Assembly: GCA_016936615.1 (NCBI GenBank)
Contig: JAFGXN010000141.1
Span: 6,053-70,052, forward strand
Source: Spirochaetales bacterium
GTDB lineage: Bacteria; Spirochaetota; Spirochaetia; JAFGXN01
Reading direction: 5' to 3'
Length of the DNA stretch: 64,000 bases
In this document: positions 59,412-64,000 of the stretch, in pieces
Layout: each line of letters starts with the position of its first letter
Numbering within the stretch: position 1 is the first letter of the stretch
Position numbers and translations under genes: made by a program
The notes under the pieces: generated by a model
What the model saw: the letters and a program-made list of their open reading frames with translations, nothing else
Databases searched by the model: none
What the model was told of the DNA's origin: nothing

Positions 59412-61140
59412 GCGCAAGAATAACCTTTGAGCGATTCTCTGGCTTGTGAAAATGCAACAACGCCTTCTGCAAACCCTTCTCTGAATTTGCCTTCGGGACA
59501 TGAATAGGATTCATTGTAAAAGGATCAATCTCAGTGTAGTACATACAAGTCGAAACCGATCCTGGGGTGGGGTAAAAATCCTGAACCTGATCTGGAATAA
59601 ACTTAGATCGCTTAAGCTCGAGAGCTAAATCTATCGCGTCGTGGAGATCTGCGCCTGGATGGGCAGAGATGTAATAAGGAACAAGAAATTGTTTCTTCCC
59701 AAGCTGACTGTTTATCTCATCAAACCTTGATTGAAATTTTTTATATACTGAAGATTTTGGTTTTCCCATAAAGGCAAGTACCTTATCTGAATTATGTTCC
59801 GGAGCAACCTTCAGCTGCCCACTGACATGATGTTCGCACAACTCTCTGAAGAACTCCTCATCAGAATCCTCCACAAGATAATCAAACCTAATCCCAGAAC
59901 GAATAAAAACCTTCTTAACTCCCGGAATCTTTCGAATTTTACGTAATAAATCCAGATACTCGCTATGATCTACAATCATATTTTTGCATATCTGCGGTGC
60001 AAGACAACGCCGATCAAGACAAGCTCCCTTCTCTCCCATCTTCTCACAAGGATTCTTGCGAAAATTTGCAGTAGGACCACCGACATCATGAATAATCCCC
60101 TTGAAATCAGGATCTTTTGTAAGCCTTCTCACCTCAGCAAGAATAGATTCGTGCGACCGCGCAGAAATATGTCGCCCCTGATGAAAGGTCAGAGCACAGA
60201 AATTACATGACCCAAAGCACCCTCGCGAGGAGGTAATGCTAAACTTAACCTCACGTAACCCAGTAATCTCCTCTGAGTAACAATCTCCCTGCCGCCCGGT
60301 AAATGGCAGCTCATAGACCTTATCCATCTCCGCCGTAGACAATGGCATCTGCGGGGGATTCTGCAAGACAAATCTCTCCCCACAAGGCTCAACAAGCGAC
60401 AAGGCTGTAATTGGATCAGTATTCCGATACTGAACCATCACCGATTCAGCATAAAGCCTCTTTGACTCTGGAGAATTGACACTAATATCTTCAAAAGATG
60501 GTAGAACAACCGCATCCTCAGGAACCTCCTTGACTGTATGAACAGTCCCACGGATGAAATTCAAATTGACCGACTCCCCAGTCTCCCGCGCAGCCTTGAA
60601 CCGCAAGCAGATCTCCTTGACAGCCTTCTCACCCATCCCATATATCAGCAAATCTGCTTTAGAATCAAGCAGTACCGACTTGCGCACCTTATCCTGCCAA
60701 TAATCATAATGAGACAACCTTCGCAGCGACGCCTCAAGCCCGCCAAGAATAACTGGAACCCCCTTGAAGACCTGCCGTGCTAGATTAGCATACGCGATCG
60801 ATGCCCTGTCAGGCCTCTGACCAACTGCTCCACCAGGAGAATACGCATCTTCGCGCCTCAACTTCCTCGACGAAGTGTAATGGTTCACCATAGAATCAAT
60901 ATTCCCTGCTGTGACAAGGACTGCACAACGCGGCGGCTCCTCATCTGCGAGCAAGGCTGGATTCCGCCAATCAGGCTGTGCAATAATCTTCACAGAAAAA
61001 TCCAAAGATTGAATATAACGAGCAATTATTGCTGCCCCAAAAGAGTGATGGTCGACAAACCCATCTCCAGTTATAAGAGTAAAATCAGGTGTCGAAGAGG
61101 AGTTATTTGATTTACAAGGGAAAAAGAATGTCTCATTCAT
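59281..61140 (-). CDS. YgiQ (UPF0313) family radical SAM protein
   Basis: TGDGFVDHHSFG, AGNIDSMVNHY, GGLEASLRR, RGCFGSCNFC, DVGGPTAN, LKVAPEH, QDFYPTP. Confidence 0.95.
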   Translation of the reverse strand: MNETFFFPCKSNNSSSTPDFTLITGDGFVDHHSFGAAIIARYIQSLDFSVKIIAQPDWRNPALLADEEPPRCAVLVTAGNIDSMVNHYTSSRKLRREDAYSPGGAVGQRPDRASIAYANLARQVFKGVPVILGGLEASLRRLSHYDYWQDKVRKSVLLDSKADLLIYGMGEKAVKEICLRFKAARETGESVNLNFIRGTVHTVKEVPEDAVVLPSFEDISVNSPESKRLYAESVMVQYRNTDPITALSLVEPCGERFVLQNPPQMPLSTAEMDKVYELPFTGRQGDCYSEEITGLREVKFSITSSRGCFGSCNFCALTFHQGRHISARSHESILAEVRRLTKDPDFKGIIHDVGGPTANFRKNPCEKMGEKGACLDRRCLAPQICKNMIVDHSEYLDLLRKIRKIPGVKKVFIRSGIRFDYLVEDSDEEFFRELCEHHVSGQLKVAPEHNSDKVLAFMGKPKSSVYKKFQSRFDEINSQLGKKQFLVPYYISAHPGADLHDAIDLALELKRSKFIPDQVQDFYPTPGSVSTCMYYTEIDPFTMNPIHVPKANSEKGLQKALLHFHKPENRSKVILALKHAGRMDLAGTLLGENSHPQQRQGSRVRQDSIHRSGKKRRSR

Positions 61141-61230
61141 AGATATCTAAGATAATATAATTTTCTAAAAAAAATAACCTCACATGTCAAGAAAATAGAC
61201 TTTTGAGAAAGAAAATAAAATTTTAATAAT

Positions 61231-61947
61231 CTATCCACCCAGATGAAGCCCCGCATCGGTGTAGATAGTCTGTCCGGTAATACGTGGGCTTTGAAGAAGT
61301 AACAGAACAGAAGAGAGAGTATCTTCAAGCGCATGAATATCTTTCAATAGGCTCAGACTCTTTATAACCTCGGGATCTTCATTTTTATTCTGCGGATTTG
61401 CCAAGATAAGACCAGGCGCAACCGCATTTACACGAACCACAGGCGCAAGCTCAATAGCCAATAAATTCGTGAGCTCAAACAACATTTTTTTGCTCAAATC
61501 ATATGAAAAATACCCCTTAACCTTCTGTTTGTGGCGAGCATCAATCATATTTACAACAGATTTTGCAGAATCCAACCTGGAAAATGCCCGAGCAAGATAC
61601 ATCGGCGCAAAGGCATTGATATTCAGCGACTCATAAAGCTTATCACAAGAGAGAGAGCTAAACTCATCAGGCGAGTAGATTGAAGCAGAATTGATCAGAT
61701 GAGCAATGGGGAGAGACTCAACTTTTTTATTTGAAAAAAACCCATCAATCCCCTTAATATCAGAGAAGTCGTACTCAACAGCAGCAGCCTCAACACCAAG
61801 AGCTTTCAACTCAGAGAGAAGAGAGAGGGCCTGCCTCTCCGAACTTCTGTAATGAACAAGAATGTTATAGCCTTTTTTCCCAAGAAAAAGAGCAATCTCT
61901 CGCCCAACACGCTTCCCAGCACCTGTGATAAGAACCCACTCGCCCAC
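61231..61947 (-). CDS. SDR oxidoreductase, pteridine reductase/FolM-like
   Basis: TGAGKRVG, VHYRSS, NSAS, NMID, YDLSK, RVNAVAPG; downstream of purU. Confidence 0.8.
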   Translation of the reverse strand: MGEWVLITGAGKRVGREIALFLGKKGYNILVHYRSSERQALSLLSELKALGVEAAAVEYDFSDIKGIDGFFSNKKVESLPIAHLINSASIYSPDEFSSLSCDKLYESLNINAFAPMYLARAFSRLDSAKSVVNMIDARHKQKVKGYFSYDLSKKMLFELTNLLAIELAPVVRVNAVAPGLILANPQNKNEDPEVIKSLSLLKDIHALEDTLSSVLLLLQSPRITGQTIYTDAGLHLGG

Positions 61948-61956
61948 TAAGGCCTC

Positions 61957-62817
61957 CTACTCAAAGACAATAGTCTTATTCTTATGAACATGCAATTTAT
62001 GCTCGAGATGCAACTGAACCGCCTTTGACAGAACAATCTTCTCGAGATTTTTACCCTTCAACACAAGATCCTCAATGGAATCCTTGTGGGTTATATTAAC
62101 TACATCCTGAGCAATAATCGGACCTTGATCTAAATCTTCAGTTACATAATGGCTAGTTGTTCCAATCAGCTTTACACCCTTCTCAAAGGCCTGGTGATAC
62201 GGCTTAGCGCCAACAAATGCAGGCAAGAAAGAGTGATGGATATTTATAATCTGGTTACGATATTTCTTGACAAATTCTGGCGACAAAATCTGCATATACC
62301 GCGCAAGAACAATCAGATCTGCGCCACAGTTCTCTAAGACCTCGAACTCTCGAGCCTCAGCCTCCTGTTTGTTAGCCTGACTCTTCTTTATAACAGTAAA
62401 CGGTACACCGAAAAACTCCGCCATAGGACGAGAATCCTCATGATTGCTGACAATCTGCACAATCTCAGCATCTATCTCACCCTCTTTGTGCCGCCACAAC
62501 AGCTCAAGCAGGCAGTGATCCAACTTAGAGACAAATATTGCAATCTTTGCCTTTTCTGTAGAAAAGTGAATCTGCCAATTCATTTTAAACTTCGTAGCAA
62601 TAGGCTCGAACGCTGAGCGAATCTTATCAATAGGAATCTGGAATTTTGCTAGATCCCACTCAATTCTCATAAAAAAAGTATTAGTATGAACATCCTGATG
62701 CTGGTTAGAGTATAAGATGTTTCCATCATATGTTGAAATAAAATGCGAAATCTCAGCAACAATGCCTTTTACATCTTCGCAAGACAAAAGTAATATAGCA
62801 GTCTCTCTTTTTTTCAT
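61957..62817 (-). CDS. purU: Formyltetrahydrofolate deformylase
   Basis: ACT domain, VSKLDHCL, LARYMQILS, INIHHSFLPAF, LDQGPII. Confidence 0.96.
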   Translation of the reverse strand: MKKRETAILLLSCEDVKGIVAEISHFISTYDGNILYSNQHQDVHTNTFFMRIEWDLAKFQIPIDKIRSAFEPIATKFKMNWQIHFSTEKAKIAIFVSKLDHCLLELLWRHKEGEIDAEIVQIVSNHEDSRPMAEFFGVPFTVIKKSQANKQEAEAREFEVLENCGADLIVLARYMQILSPEFVKKYRNQIINIHHSFLPAFVGAKPYHQAFEKGVKLIGTTSHYVTEDLDQGPIIAQDVVNITHKDSIEDLVLKGKNLEKIVLSKAVQLHLEHKLHVHKNKTIVFE

Positions 62818-62831
62818 ATCTCCCTCGTAGA

Positions 62832-63314
62832 TTATTTCTGTGGATAATTTAAGTTATCATCTGTAAGCTTGTAAAGCACTTCGTTTAAAAACTTATCAGA
62901 CTCCCATTTTGCCATTGCCAGATTGTGCTCTAGACAATTGCCACAATCTTCAGGCTCAGTTCCAGGAACTGCTCCAACATAATCTCTGATAAACTCGAAC
63001 ATTCTAGTAACCAATTGAACAATCTCTGCCGACTCAAGGTCTCCTCTTAATAAAAGATAATTACCAGTTCGACACCCCATAGGACCAAAATAGATAATCC
63101 TAGCCTTCCACTCAGGATCATTTCTAAGAAAAGTCGCACCCAAATGCTCAATTGTGTGAAGAGGTGCCATATCCATGACAGGTTCACGATTAGGCTCCTT
63201 CATCCTTATGTCAAAAGTAGTAACAACCTCCGAACCCACACTATCCTTTCGTGAGACATAGAGACCTCGAAGTAATTTATTGTGATCTATTGTAAAACTT
63301 GGTATTTTTTCCAT
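62832..63314 (-). CDS. luxS: S-ribosylhomocysteine lyase
   Basis: SFTIDH, HTIEHL, GPMGCRTG, CGN. Confidence 0.96.
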   Translation of the reverse strand: MEKIPSFTIDHNKLLRGLYVSRKDSVGSEVVTTFDIRMKEPNREPVMDMAPLHTIEHLGATFLRNDPEWKARIIYFGPMGCRTGNYLLLRGDLESAEIVQLVTRMFEFIRDYVGAVPGTEPEDCGNCLEHNLAMAKWESDKFLNEVLYKLTDDNLNYPQK

Positions 63315-63391
63315 AAAAACCTCTCAATTTAGTATAGTATACATCAATTTTTTTTTAAAGGCTAGAAGATCTTTTTTCCTAGCTAGAAAAC

Positions 63392-63421
63392 AAAAAAAAC
63401 ACCCCACTTAAAGCAGGGTGC
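63392..63421 (-). terminator. Intrinsic terminator after the RRM gene
   Basis: Minus strand GCACCCTGC-TTTAA-GTGGGGTGT then T tract. Confidence 0.75.
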
Positions 63422-63442
63422 CCGAAAGAAAGATATATGAAA

Positions 63443-63685
63443 TTATCTCGATCTTGCTTCGTTAACCTTCATTGGTCTTCCCAAGAAATCCGCATTGTTC
63501 AACGCCTCAATAGCGTCCAAAGCTTCATTATCATTTGTCATTACAACAAAACCAAAACCTTTAGATCGATTTGTATCTCTGTCAATGATAATCTTTGCAC
63601 TCTCAACAGCTCCGTACTGTGCGAAAGCTGATTCAAGTTGCTCGTTTGTGGCATTATAAGCAATATTGCCTACATAAATGTTCAT
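63443..63685 (-). CDS. RRM-domain RNA-binding protein
   Basis: RNP2 IYVGNI, RNP1 KGFGFVVM, GRPMKVNEAR. Confidence 0.95.
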   Translation of the reverse strand: MNIYVGNIAYNATNEQLESAFAQYGAVESAKIIIDRDTNRSKGFGFVVMTNDNEALDAIEALNNADFLGRPMKVNEARSR

Positions 63686-63805
63686 AAAAACTCCGAAAAT
63701 TGTAAATTTAGAATTAAATTAGAAACTAACTTACCTCTATGCGATAATGATAATCTAATAAATACATATTTACAACTAAATTTTCGCAAAATTTTAGAAT
63801 ATTTT

Positions 63806-64000
63806 TTAAAATTTTCTTCTTGCAGTCAACAAATCAAAGGCCTCTTGAATCTCAAGATAACGCCGCTTAGCAACCTCTCGAAAGTCATCTGATACGCCCT
63901 GAGAAGATAATGCATCTGGATGATATTTTTTAACTAGCTTTCGATAAGCCTTCTTTAACTCTTCGTCAGAGCAACCTTTTTCACAAGCAAGAATCTTGTA
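63806..64000 (-). CDS. C-terminal J-domain of a DjlA/TerB-DnaJ-like co-chaperone (partial)
   Basis: Not in ORF track. YKILACEKGCSDEELKKAYRKLVKKYHPDALSSQG...EIQEAFDLL; HPD motif. Confidence 0.85.
   Translation of the reverse strand, partial: YKILACEKGCSDEELKKAYRKLVKKYHPDALSSQGVSDDFREVAKRRYLEIQEAFDLLTARRKF

Noticed and set aside
62839-62847. Single perfect DnaA box (TGTGGATAA) at the luxS 3' end
   Set aside because: Isolated and within coding sequence; plausible by chance

Overview
AT-rich bacterial chromosomal window, most likely from an anaerobic free-living spirochaete. This is inferred from spirochaete-type lipoprotein signal peptides, a DUF5312-like protein, CheR/CheB, AddAB, NfnAB and a clostridial-type ferredoxin. 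It holds about 57 tightly packed genes, mostly on the minus strand. Housekeeping and metabolic genes include glgP, hom, a queG-like gene, cheBR, addAB, leuS, htpG, add, tyrA, rlmE, fucO, nfnAB, radA, purU and luxS. Accessory patches are a tandem secreted EEP phosphoesterase pair facing a DUF4230-like pair, a GLUG-repeat surface lipoprotein, and a six-gene CDP-6-deoxyhexose cluster. I saw no rRNA, tRNA, CRISPR array, IS element or prophage. The most notable signals are: (1) about a dozen genes with a sigma70 -10 box (usually with a -35) ending 5-8 nt before the ATG and no Shine-Dalgarno, pointing to widespread leaderless mRNAs; (2) a helically phased DnaA-box array between a metal-site-degenerate Fur-like gene and add, apparently away from oriC; (3) a CDP-sugar cluster ending in a putative pyranose-furanose mutase; (4) an orphan GcvH-like protein with Glu in place of the lipoyl Lys; (5) a 55-aa ferredoxin and a decayed lipoprotein gene missed by the ORF track. 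All calls come from motif recognition by eye; no searches were run.
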